From Amphiscolops sp. MND2022 (taxonomy: Eukaryota), in assembly GCA_964187785.1 (NCBI GenBank), contig OZ076409.1, positions 36,334,001 to 36,398,000 of the forward strand: DNA of 64,000 nucleotides, in the 5' to 3' direction. A program made the position numbers and the translations under genes. Of the stretch, positions 12,202-23,900 are shown one piece after another. Under the pieces are notes generated by a model. That model searched no databases, was not told the origin of the DNA, and worked only from the letters and a program-made list of their open reading frames with translations. Within the stretch, counting starts at the first letter, position 1, and every line of letters starts with the position of its first letter.

Positions 12202-12381
12202 ACAAGACGGAAATGTTCAAAGTCGGCGATATATTTAAGGCTCAAAAAGTTTTGAAAATTGTAAAAGGGCCCTTTGGACTTTTTGAAAGTCCAGTTTGTT
12301 GAAAAAAAAATCAAAAATTGAAGGGAAACCCTTTGGAGATATAAGAAAATTTCAAGAGAAAATCTCACAGTGCCGAAAAAA
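12202..12381 (-). mobile_element. HINE family A, 3' fragment
   Basis: ACAAGACGGAAATGTTCAAAGTCGGCGATATATTTAAGGCTCAAAAA is the reverse complement of the family-A 3' end. Confidence 0.65.
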
Positions 12382-14130
12382 AAATTATTCATCAATCAAT
12401 TTATAATTTTACTCCAAATACCACAGCTTCGCGAAGATTTGAATTTTCCTCAAAGTTTAAGTCAAAAGTTTTGACGTAGAAGTCTGTCAGGATGTTTTTC
12501 GTAATCACTAGCGCCAGCTTTTGGAAAAGTTAGTTGAAAATTTTATCGTTTTTCAGAGGTCCAAGATATTTCAAGATTCAACAGGAATTTTTAGGGAAAT
12601 CCAAGAGTTCCAAGAGTTCACAATGTTCACAATAAAGCCCGCATTGAAAGGTTCGTTTTATTTGACTCTCATTGTGGAAATAGAGTAAATTTAGTATAAG
12701 CCACTTTTTGAAGAAAATTGAGGTGGAAATGAATTCTTCAAATTTGCAATGAATTCGGAGCGGAAGCTAATGAACAGAGTAATATGGTAGTGAAATAAGG
12801 AAACAGGCTAATTGCATTTTAGTAGCAACTTTTCAGATGAAAGATTTGCAAAGCTTTGCTAATTGACAACAGATCTGTTTTTTGTCTTGAAGATAACATA
12901 AACGCCAAAAAAGTCAATTTGAAAATCAGTTGTTCTTGAAAGTTTCCGGTGAAGGTATTTATCTTCTAAATACCAATCAGTTCAATTATAAAGAAAATTT
13001 GTGTTATGACGTCTTTCAATCTGCACTAGTTAGTTGTTCACCAATTGCATACAATTTGTTGCAAAATTGTTGTTTCTTTCACAAAGAAGAGCTTTAATGC
13101 CTCAAAACGGACTTAGTTTGCAATGAAGTTTCAACTTGTTCACATTACATATTTGTTGTGTTTCAGATTTCTTCAATTCAGCCAAAATGTTTTGGTGGGA
13201 TTACACGAAAAAATTCCTCCCTTTTTCTTCAATTCTGCTAATTATAAACTCTTCGTGTTATAACTTGAAGAATACATCCATTAAGGCTTATTGTCAACAA
13301 TGAAAGTGAAACATGAATACCTGTTTTCAATACCTATCTTTCGGTTTCATATTCCTACTTTTATCTCTCGCACTTTAATAATTTACAAAAATGTTTTGAG
13401 AAGATACGAATGTATCCTCAAAAGGATTAAGTAGCAAACGAGAGGATAAAATAGCTATTTTAAGTCGTTTTGTGCTCTGTGGAAATGCATGTTTTAACAA
13501 TCTAGTAAAGATAGAAATGAAGGATCCTCAGCGCAAAATTTAATAAAAACCATTCACACCTCAAATTGGAAAATGGTACAACTCATTACATATAGCAGTT
13601 AATGTATAATGATTTAGTGGAATGTTCAAAAACGCATTTGGCTCAGAAATGCATCATAAAAAGAGCGATGGAGAGCAGTCAAGCTTCTGTGCAAATCACT
13701 TTGAAACAACAGCTTGAAGCCTTTATCCACAACCCAGTTGAACCAGGACGATTGAGTCCCCAATGAAAAAAAAAACCGACATTTGAGTCCCAAATTGAAT
13801 CCCAAATTTAACTAAATTCAGAAGGGAGAGAATTGAGTCCTGCGACAATCGAGTCCCAAATAAATTAGTTCTATTTCCATTGCATCCTATTAGGATTAAT
13901 TTCAACACTAACAACAGCATATTAATTCAGAAATCGGAACCAAAACTAATTGTTTTGGTTAGAATAAAATATTAATAGTAAATTACTTAATTAATAACCC
14001 CTTCTCTAACACCTAAAATCCTGACTCGCGCTATGTTACATTTCATCTGAAATTGCACACGTACAAAATTCTTCTAAAATGAACTTGAAAATATCCAAAA
14101 CTTTGAAGCTATAGAATTATAATTCAATAA

Positions 14131-14714
14131 CCCAACAGGAATCACAAAAAAATCATTTTTTAAATTTTTGTCTGGTAAAGTTCTACGATGGCGAAACGAG
14201 TTTCAGCTTGCAAAACTACTTTTCTCAATCGGAAATCAGCTATGAAAGCAAGGGGGTACTCTTTGACCAAATGGAAGTTTCGGAAGGACGCACATTGTCG
14301 AAAAGACTGAAATAAGGTAATTTCCACAATCAATAAGAAACCTCGTCAGTTCCATATGATCAAAAGTAGCAAAGAAGTCATTCGCAAGACTCGGGGAACT
14401 TACTTCCTTTACAGAAAACCTCAAAAACTGAAAATTGCGGAAAAAGTTTTTCGAAAAATATTTTCAAAAAATTTATTAAAATTTTTTTTTTCTTGGTAAG
14501 TCGCATAGTGCCGAAAAAAACGAAAAGTGGCCAGCTTTCGCAGAAATAATAAATTAGGGGTTTCCTTTAAAGTAGGCTATGATGAATGAAAGCTTTCTTT
14601 TCTCCGAACTTCTTTGCGTTTTTATCCTGTATTGCTATTCTTGAGCCTCAAATTTATGTAGTTGTAGAACAGTCTGGAGCGGAAAATATCTCGCTGCTCA
14701 GCGGGCGTCTTGTT
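14131..14714 (+). mobile_element. HINE family B, long variant (partner 49279-49841)
   Basis: About 580 bp alignable with 49283-49841; ends GCGGAAAATATCTCGCTGCTCAGCGGGCGTCTTGTT. Confidence 0.7.
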
Positions 14715-16011
14715 TAAGTTTTTCTCCAATCAATCTTTGAAACTACCAGTAGAATGATAATCGATGTTTTAACATAAACTATAAATGTTTTTGAGTTTCA
14801 AATATATCTGTATTTGTGACAAATCACGAAATCTCTCAAAAATTTCAACCAGGTAATCATGATCATGTTTCTGCAACTGCCTCTATGTTTTTGATACGCT
14901 TTGATACATTTTTTGAAATACATCGTTCCTGATTCAAACTTGCAAACAAAATAGCTTCCTGGAACACAGACGTGACTGGCGTGCGGACTATTGATGACAG
15001 GTTGAATTCATCGCAGTAAATAGGCGCCATCATTATTGTAATGTCAAGTTTTTATATCCCGATTTGAATACGCACATAGGAAATGAAGCAAAAATGTATG
15101 GTACCTTATCAAACAGTCAGATATCATTTTGGGGAGTTCAAATGCACTGGTATACTTTCACCTGACTCTTTGTTTCAGTTGAGGCACAATTCTCACATGA
15201 AGTTGACTTATGAACTCTGCTGTATGTTTGAATATGGGATTGAATTTACGTACTGAATTCACTTAGCTTTGTTTGACAGACTAGCACTGTGAAAACGTTT
15301 CTTATAGATAGTTTTGTTTTTGAAAAGACGAATGAATGCTTGTACTCTGCTACAGGATTTTCGGTCAAAAGCGAGTAGTGGTAACCCAGTGTTCAATAGA
15401 ACTAAAAAGCGCTCTTGATATTTTTAAATAAAAGCAATTGAAACTTTCCTAGTGGTTTCATTTTGTCATGGAGCAAATTTAAATTGCATCTAACACAATA
15501 TCGCAATGCTAGACAGTACCCTTTGGGGGTTTGTCGACACTGCGCGACATTTTTCGACAGTTTTTCTATACTACTGAAAACCCTTTAATTTTCGTTTGTT
15601 TTCAGTTGCTGAAAAGCTTTTATTAGCCCAAAAGTTTTCCAAAAATTATTTTCTGAGCTTCTAGTGCCTTAAGTGAGGCGCCGACTCGTCTCTACCTTCT
15701 GTTCAGGAACCTTGTTTCTACTCTGTAGTGAGGTTTTTTGAAAATGTATGTTCTTGTTCCAGCCTAAATTGATCAAACCAAAGATTTACTCGATATGGAA
15801 GCTTACTTTAGAAAACAGAAATGCTTCTAAGGCTCCGCGAAATTGGGAAATAAACTTTTTCTTGCTTCCTCACAATGTTGTTGAATTGTTTGACATTCTG
15901 AGACACCCGGATGCCTCACTTCTAAACTATTTTTGCTGATTATAGTAGACATTTCAGCACATTTTGCGCTAAACGGATGCCAACAGGTTTTACAAATTTT
16001 TTCTAGACAAC

Positions 16012-16173
16012 ATCTATTGATTTCGATTAATTTTAGACATAGTCTGCAGCCTGGGAAAAAACTGAAAAGAGCCCGCTGACCTTTATTGAATTAATTCAAT
16101 AAAGGTCGGCGGGCTCTTTTCAGTTTTTTGAAAACCTGCAGATTATGTCTAAAATTAATAGAAATCAATAGAT
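16012..16173. repeat. Near-perfect 162-bp palindrome with no loop
   Basis: Centred on GAATT|AATTC (16092/16093); arms ATCTATTGATTTC... and ...GAAATCAATAGAT. Confidence 0.95.
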
Positions 16174-16300
16174 CAAATTAGCTCAGAATCTTACACACCA
16201 GACAATCACTACTACTTGATATAATTGTATCAATTGATTTAATTATATCAAGTAGTATGTAGTGATTGTCTGGTGCGTAAGATTCTGAACTAATTTATCT
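16170..16300. repeat. Second ~130-bp palindrome abutting the first
   Basis: Centred on ATCAA|TTGAT (16233/16234); arms AAATTAGCTCAGAATCTTACACACCAGACAATCACTAC and GTAGTGATTGTCTGGTGCGTAAGATTCTGAACTAATTT. Confidence 0.95.
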
Positions 16301-16931
16301 TGCTCAGCCAGTCATTTGGGAAAGGGATGAAATGGAAGTTAAATGGACCGGAAGAGAAGTTACTTTGGGTTGAGAGCGGATGTCATTTGAGAGATACCAT
16401 ACTTTTTGACAATATGCCTCTCTCTTTAATGGAATGAAGGCAGTTAGGTAATTACTGCAGTTAGGTTTTAAAACTATCACAAGTCATCACTCAATTAAGG
16501 AACAATTTCACAGGAATGGCAAATCCATTTTTCTATGTTTTTCATTTTTTGCCAATATTTCGCATGGGGGAAGGAAATTCAGTTTCTTTACCACTGAAAA
16601 AAAACAATTTTAAAAATTTTTGCGTCCAGGACTATTCTGAGAGTTCTATTCTGAGAGCAAAGTACCTAAAATGAAAAAGGACGCCCATAAAAAATCAGTT
16701 TTAACTGTCTACGCTCAAGCCCTAAAAATTTGTTGTCTCTGAAATATTGTACGTAGGATTTATGAATCGAGAACCTTCATGATTGAAAACAACCTCCCTG
16801 ATGGGAACGTCTAAAGTCGGCGCTGTATCTGAGGCTCAAAAAGCGCCAAGTTGTTAAAATTGTAAAAGGGGATCCTTTCGGCTTTTTGAAAATCCAGTTT
16901 GTTGCAAAATATCAAAAAAATTGAAGGAATT

Positions 16932-17102
16932 TGTTGACTTCTTCTTATGCAAGCTTAGTATTACGTTATTATGTAATCTTGTTCAGCTTGATTAGTTTTT
17001 TTATGATCTGACTAATACAGCTGCCTCTTGAAAAACTTTGTCACAGCTGCGATTTTCATTTAGGTTTAGACAACTCATTAGGGAAATTCTAAGAAACCTA
17101 AA
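16932..17102 (+). repeat. 5' LTR of the CsRn1-like element
   Basis: Direct repeat of 40462-40634 (3 substitutions and a 2-nt T-run difference by manual count). It starts with TG, but the shared sequence ends TAAA rather than CA. Confidence 0.9.
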
Positions 17103-17103
17103 T

Positions 17104-17121
17104 TGGTAAACTCGACGTGAT
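17104..17121 (+). other. Primer-binding site, tRNA-Trp type
   Basis: TGGTAAACTCGACGTGAT matches the canonical tRNA-Trp PBS TGGTGACCCCGACGTGAT at 15 of 18 positions, 1 nt after the LTR. Confidence 0.8.
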
Positions 17122-17528
17122 TCAAAATCCCACCCAAAAAAAGAGAAAAACTTTCAAGAAATTTTATATCATTGTCCCGTAAACCTCTTTCGTTTTCTCC
17201 TTCCAGTAAAAAACGTGTATGAAAAAGAACAAAAAAAGAAGGAGAGCTCAAAAAAATTAAAATACAGTAAAGCAACAAGAAGAAAACGAGACAGTAACGA
17301 AACCCGAATATCATTACCAGAATATTGTATAAAGAAACCAGAATTTTCGCCAGAAACAATATCCATAACCCCATAACCAAATATCCATACCACCAGAATG
17401 CAGAACACCATCGAAATTGGATCCGGAGACAACACTACAACTTCAACATCATCTCACCCAGAACCACAACACGCACCAGTCAACAGAGTCACCATGAAGC
17501 CAACTCCATTCTATCGCACGAACCCGAC

Positions 17529-18272
17529 TGTAACGGCAAGCTCTGGTACAGCAATATCAACCAACTTTGCAACTTCGACATGTTTAGAAAATTTTGTCAA
17601 AAATTCGTTCAAATCTGACGTGGCACTCAAACATGCTCAAGACGAAGTACCTGCCAGAAAAAGCACCCCAGAAAAGCAGAAACCGCCGCTCGCGACAAAC
17701 AAGCACCGGAGACGACAAAAAAGACGTCCCAGACGCATACAGAACACGGTATTGTGTCAATCTCTAGGAGATATCCATTACTACAGTAAAGGAAACCTGT
17801 GTTCCAGATGTTCGCCTGAGTATCCCTGCGGTGTCCTGTGTGGCAACTAGCGCTAGCGCTGGGAACCCGAGGTCAATTTTCATCAAATGACTCTGAACTC
17901 TTGATTTCTTGTTGTATTTTTTGATGTGGTAAATTGATATGCTCGAGAGCTGTTGTTTGACTTCTGTTTATCCAATTTGACGATTTTATCAGATTCTCCA
18001 ATATTACGGTTCAACCTTCATCGATTTTCAGCCCAATTTTTAAAGGCTAGTTGAGCAGTGGTCTTGAGTCTTGCAAGATGCCTGTTACTTTTATCAGTTA
18101 CAGACTAGGACCAGGCCAGAGAGCGTCCTACAAGACGGTTCCCCCACCTTGGGACTGGCTCCTTCGGAGGAAAAATGAGCTAGGGCCGCGGAGATCTAGG
18201 TCCCAGATTATATTCGCTGTTCTAGTTCCTCCACTCTACGTTGCGGTTCAAGCGCCAGCGCTTATCGTTACA
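17529..18272 (+). repeat. 5' LTR of the giant element
   Basis: Direct repeat of 35563-36293; by manual comparison about 9 substitutions plus one 13-bp indel. Confidence 0.97.
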
Positions 18273-18287
18273 TAGAAACTCATTTTT

Positions 18288-18305
18288 TGGCGACCACAGA
18301 GGGAT
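18288..18305 (+). other. Primer-binding site, probably tRNA-Arg type
   Basis: TGGCGACCACAGAGGGAT resembles the complement of the metazoan tRNA-Arg(UCG) 3' end, TGGCGACCACGAAGGGAC (first 10 nt identical). It lies 15 nt after the LTR end. Confidence 0.65.
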
Positions 18306-19439
18306 CGTCTTGGGAAGCTTTCCCTAGCGGTTTTTAAAAGATCTGGCCCCCTGGTGTTCAGCGCCAAGCCCGTTTTCGACTCTGGACAGGAGAAAAGAGC
18401 AGAGTTTTACTTCTTTTTAGTCGTATTACGTCTTACTGGAACTGGGAGAGGCGTTGAACCAGAGAAAATGCCGAAGAAAGCGTGTTTTCAGGTTCGAAAA
18501 TGGTATTTTTGGGCATTTTAGAAGGAAATCGCTCTTTATGTGTGATGTGTTGTGTACCCATCAGCGGGTACCTTTTTGCAGGTATAGAGGACCGTAGCAC
18601 GTGGCTACGGGTGTCTAACAGGTTTTTTGAGCTATTTTCAGCCATTTTATGCCATGCAAGAGGGTAACGGATGGATGGTTGACCATGCTCCAGCGAGGCG
18701 AAGGAGGGGACAAATCTTGTGTTGCCTACTTCCTATTCCCATTTCTCGTGGAGACGTCCTAGAGACAAGGTTTTTGGTGGACAGCAAGTACAACGACAGA
18801 CGGTGCTAACGGACCCACCAGCGTGTTTCTATCTGGTCTAGATGTGGAGAAATAACGTGGTGAAGTTGCACCCCCTATGACCAGATGAGTCGCTCAGATG
18901 GAGTATGGTTGGCGAAAATTTTGAAAATACACCTCTTTCGATGGAGAATCGTTGGTGCAGGTCAGTGACGTTCTACTATAAATGTAACGACACCCTACGA
19001 AGTGCTTTTCTGCGAAAAAGATAGCACTTGGAAAAAAACCCTCATTTTTGCGTTTTTTTGGTGTTTTTCTTGGTTTCGAGCACTAGTGCTCACAGAAGCC
19101 AGGAAAGTGTGGTGGAAAGTTTTGAAAAAGCAGCTGCAAGGCTCGAGAAAGCCGGCACGAGGCACGAAAGGCGAAGTTGAAGCCTTTGATTGTGATAAAA
19201 GCGCCAATTTGATGCCGAAAAATGTGAAAAAGTGGAAATTTGGCCAAAAAGGCACCCAAAATGTGAACGTACACGAGTGTGGAAGTGTAAAATGACAGTG
19301 TACGGCACTATCCCAAGTGTAGTTGACCCTCAGGATACTAATTGCAACTTTTGTAGCGGACTCAGGCAGCCTGGGGCTGATACAATGCGAAAAACTTGTG
19401 ATTTTTGGCATTTCCGAGTAGAGAAAGTGCATTAACCAA

Positions 19440-19780
19440 AAACACCCAGAGCAAAGCTTATTCGAAGAGAGCGGGCTCGAGCGCTCTCATTTTCGATTGT
19501 AGCAGCAAAAACGACGCATTGTGGTGAAAACCGCGTGCAAAAATTCCTTTTCAGCGTTGAGAAAAGTTGAAAAACCTTGATTTTTGGCCAGTTTCAGCAG
19601 TGCCAGAGTGCATCATTAAAACCTCTGGGGCACTCAGTGTTTTCGAGACCGGGGAGCCCGCGCGCTCCTATTTTCTGTTTTTATAATACAAACAACGCAT
19701 TGTGGTGAAAATTGCGTGCAAAATTCCTTTTCAGTGCTGAGAAAGGTGGAAAAACGCACTGAATTTGGTCAATTTTCCAC
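19440..19780 (+). repeat. ~180-bp diverged tandem duplication in the 5' leader
   Basis: The core ACGCATTGTGGTGAAAAxxGCGTGCAAAA(A)TTCCTTTTCAG occurs at ~19514 and ~19696. Confidence 0.85.
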
Positions 19781-20990
19781 AAAACCGGACTGTCTCTGAG
19801 CTAGGGTCGGGTCATCGATTCCTGAACCCTAGCCAAAAAGTGGTTGCATTTTCGTAACCACCACAAAAATTACCGTTAATGCCGAAAATTTGGCGAGCGT
19901 ATCGCTCACCAAAGTCGAGAAAAGCTCTCTGACGTTTCGACTTCAGAAAAGCACATAAAAGCTGAAAAAATCCAAAACTACAGGACTGTCAGTGCCTTAT
20001 ACCTAACGGGCACGACCAATTGAGGGTTTATCCCAGTGCTAAGGATAGTGGGGCAACACGTTGGTCCCATTTTGCCCGCCGTATCACTTCCTGAGGTGAT
20101 CTTCTTGGTCAAATTGTGAAAAAAGTAGTCAAAAACAGTGTTTTTTCGTGTACAACGTGCATAGTGGGTCGAAACCTCAAATAAGCGCTCGCGCTTCAAT
20201 TCGACCATTTGAGTGGCATTGTAGGTGCCTGCTGGCATAGACTACCAAGTTTGGTGCCGATCTGTCTGATACTTGTCGAGAAAATAGAAAAAACGTGGAG
20301 CCCAAAAAGGTGTCCAAAAAGGCAGTTTTTTCCTTAAGTTTTCCAAGTGACACGGGCACCTTAGCCAACGGGTGGGGCTATATTGCAGCCCACCATCGTA
20401 ACTTGTGCTAGTTCCTACGTTGTTGCAGAGAATTTGAGCTTGCTAGCTCTTTCCCGTGGACCGCAATCTTGAAAAAGACGTGAAAAACAGTGTATTTCGG
20501 TACATAGTGGTACCGCACGTCTGTACCTAGGTGAAACTGTGTAGAAAGGGCGCAGCTCAAAACTGTGTTCATTTTCGTAAACCGACGTGTACCTAAGATC
20601 TGCTGGTCAATTTTGGGCTTGATACAGCGCTTCCAGCGCACACACGAGCCTCTTGGGTGTTGTTGTGCGATTTTTGGAAAATTCAAAAATTCTGTGAAAA
20701 TCTCCCTGTGAGTGACCGCAGACTTTTTGCCCCAAACCAAGTTGATTTTCTAGCCCAGTGCGCCCGTGGGAAAACGCTGTGCAAATTTGAACAGCCTACG
20801 AGCTCTAGAACGTGTTTCGAAAAACCGAGGACGTTGAATACCATTAAATTTCTTAAGTGCTGACCGGGACGACCAAGGGATCAGCTTCCAATTGAAGACC
20901 CTGGTGCGTTCGGCGACCCAATTTGAGTTTGCCGAGTAATCGTGAGCGGTAACTCGATCGCTATTGATAAACGCGTTGGCCACCGAACCG

Positions 20991-23900
20991 ATGGCGGTGT
21001 CCCATACTGGTTCACAATCATGGGTCACGATAGAGGATTCGCGTTTTTCAGACGACATGTCTGACGAAGTCACTATCGAACAACAGCGAAAGAAGGAATT
21101 GGCCGCTATGGTTCCTCCCTCAGAGAACTCCAGTGTTTCTGCAAATTCGTGTCGAACTGAGCAGTGGGTCGACGAAACCTGCCGCGATAGAGCTAATGAA
21201 GTGGAAGAGGGCTGGCCTAATTCGAATGTGACCGATGAACTGGCGGCTGAGGAAGGGTGCTCGCGCGCACCCCCGGCTGGAGAAAGACAACTTGGCTCAC
21301 AAACTGACATGGAGCAGGACCTCACTTATGTGGGAGGCATGAGTTACGCGCGACAGCGGGGACTCGGGACAACTCGAGGACCTACCCGGGTCTGTGCCTA
21401 CGGGAAGCACAAGAAGATGCGACCACCTATACTACAGGTAGGCGAGCCACGTCAAGAGGTACCCCGTGTCAGGAGTATGACAGGCTCATTGGCCTCATCG
21501 CAACGGTCTTCAGTATACAAGGCAGCACTATTGGATGCCCAGGCCGAAACCCAACGGGCCCTAGCAGGTCTGGCCAGCACTCGTGCTGAATGCAATGAGC
21601 AACATCTTGCAATCGTAGAGAACATTAAAGTGATGCAGACGACGATGCGTGAAGGCCTGCAGGTCAGCGATCAATTACGCACCGCGCAGAATGTGCAAAA
21701 CGCTCGAGTGGACACATTGGGTCACCGGATAGGAGAGATGAATGACACGTTGATGGCTCGCGAGTTGCGCGTGGAAACGCAGATCAACGACTTGAGCAAT
21801 CAGATGCACACGGTACTCAATGCCATTGATGTCATGAGGCGTGAGAGGTCACTCCCGCGGCAGCCCAGTGCAAGTGGAGGCGTGCGGAATGGAGGTACAG
21901 TCCGTGTCTCGGAGCCGACGTGCCCGAGCCAGGTAGTGAAATCGGAACTGCCGAGCGCGCTAAAGCCTAGCACTTCCAGGCCGGCCGTGCCTGCGCCCCG
22001 GAAAGATGAAGGAGTAGCCGGAAATTTGGTGATAGCCACGCCTGAGGCAGAGCGCAAGCCTGCACGAGTGCAGATGAGGGGACATCACGACTCAGCAGAA
22101 TCATCGATGCCTTCTGCAATCCAGAGTACTACTCGAGATCAAGGCGTGGACCCGATGTCGACCATCTATCTTGATTCCTCGGTTGAAGTCGACCTATCTA
22201 ACACCAAAGCAACCCTAGGCTCTCAAACCGAGGGAGCAACGTTTGCAACTGCCCCTATTTCGATGTCAGGACCAGATTCCCTATACTTGACTGCAGACTT
22301 GTTAGCCGATCATGGATTGCCCTCGGGCACTCCCTGTGCTAGCAGCACTCGTAAAAAGGACGAAATCGCTGACCTGTCGATACAAGCCACTCTTGGTAGT
22401 CATGACAGGACGCGCGAGGGGGAGGCCAAGGCCGATGAAGGAGAAGCCATATCCCCCGAGCAGCTGAGATTCACGGCCGCCATATCAAAGGCGATGTCAA
22501 AAGAGTTAGCGCCCTTACTCGCCGGCAGAGACTTGGCTCAGGCGAGGCCCAATGTGTATCGCGGGTCCAAAGACGGATCCATTGATGGGTGGATCCTTGT
22601 TATGCAGAGATACCTGAAGAGAACGCAAACCAAGGTCTCAGCCGAGGACCAGGCTTGGAGCATCATCGGTCACCTTGAGGGTGAAGCCCGCAACTACATC
22701 ATTAACAAAACGGAATCCGAACGTGACACCCCTGAGAAGGTGTTCGAATTGTTATCCAGCCGCTTTGGCGCTGGAGGAAACCGTATGCAAGTGCGACAAG
22801 CTTTCCAGAGCCGCATTCAACAAGAGAAAGAAGACTGGATACAGTATTTAGACGCTCTAGAGGGTCTTCGGAGTCAAGGATTCCCACAAGAGGCAATCAC
22901 CACCAAGCGCTATGAAATCCTCCAGCGCTTCATGGAAGGTGTACGAGACCCAGGGATGAGGTGGGAGCTGGCCATAGTGTATGCCTCGGAAGTCTTCCTG
23001 ACCGAGCCACCTACGGTGGAATCCCTCCGCTTCACCACCCGCCAATTGCAGCGCAACCGTCCCAAACCTAACCAATTCCCTCAACCCTATGACCCCAGAC
23101 TAGCGATGAGGTCTCGACCTCATCCCTTTGCGCCACTACCCCCCAACAAAATGGTATTACCACAAGGAGTAATGCCTCCCCCACCTGCGAGTAATGCTCC
23201 CCCCAATCAAGCAGCAGTGCAGCCTGCGGCACGCCTGCCCGTTGGCGCGTGCTATAATTGCGGTCAAGCTGGGCATTTTGCCCGGGACTGTCCCACCCGC
23301 GATCAAGCTCGCAAACCAGTGGCAGCTCCTGAACCAGAAGGCGTGAAAGTCACTGCTGAAGACGTAACTGATGGCGTGTTGGAGAGCTATCCAGGCATTC
23401 ATCAGTGTGCGCACTGTGGAGTCTATGACCATGTGGATGTCCCCTGTAGTGAGCATTCTCAAGCTCCGAGGCCTAATGATGAAATGGCCTACAATCGATG
23501 GGCCGAGGTGGAATCCGCCGGTGTGGCCGCCCACACGGTACCCCTGGAAGATGATCGCGTGTTAATGCTACACCCAGCGGAGCCCCCAGCGTTTCACCCC
23601 CCACTAATAGTTACATGTGGGACAAAGCAGATTCAGACGTGCTTGGAGCCTACAACGTTCAATCCACAAGGGAGAACGTTGATCTCGATTCATCTTATGC
23701 TGGCAGCAGAGCAGGTGCGTAGACCAACGCTAACCTTGGCGAAACTCTGGGTTGAGCTATCTGTCCTCTACAACCGGATGGAATTGCCCCGCCCAAAACA
23801 GTGGCACGTCCCTGGAGAATCGGAGACCCTGACTACATACTCGCCAGTACCAGTCTGTGCAACGATGGACGGCGTGGACGTGAAGTTCGAGGCCTGTGTG

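Noticed and set aside
17398..17850. 150-aa ORF, with its apparent paralogue 35495..35911 and the ORFs at 18051, 36072 and 36262
   Set aside because: These are chimeras of host-element gag or 3' UTR reading into or out of the giant element's LTRs. The duplication is simply the LTR pair.
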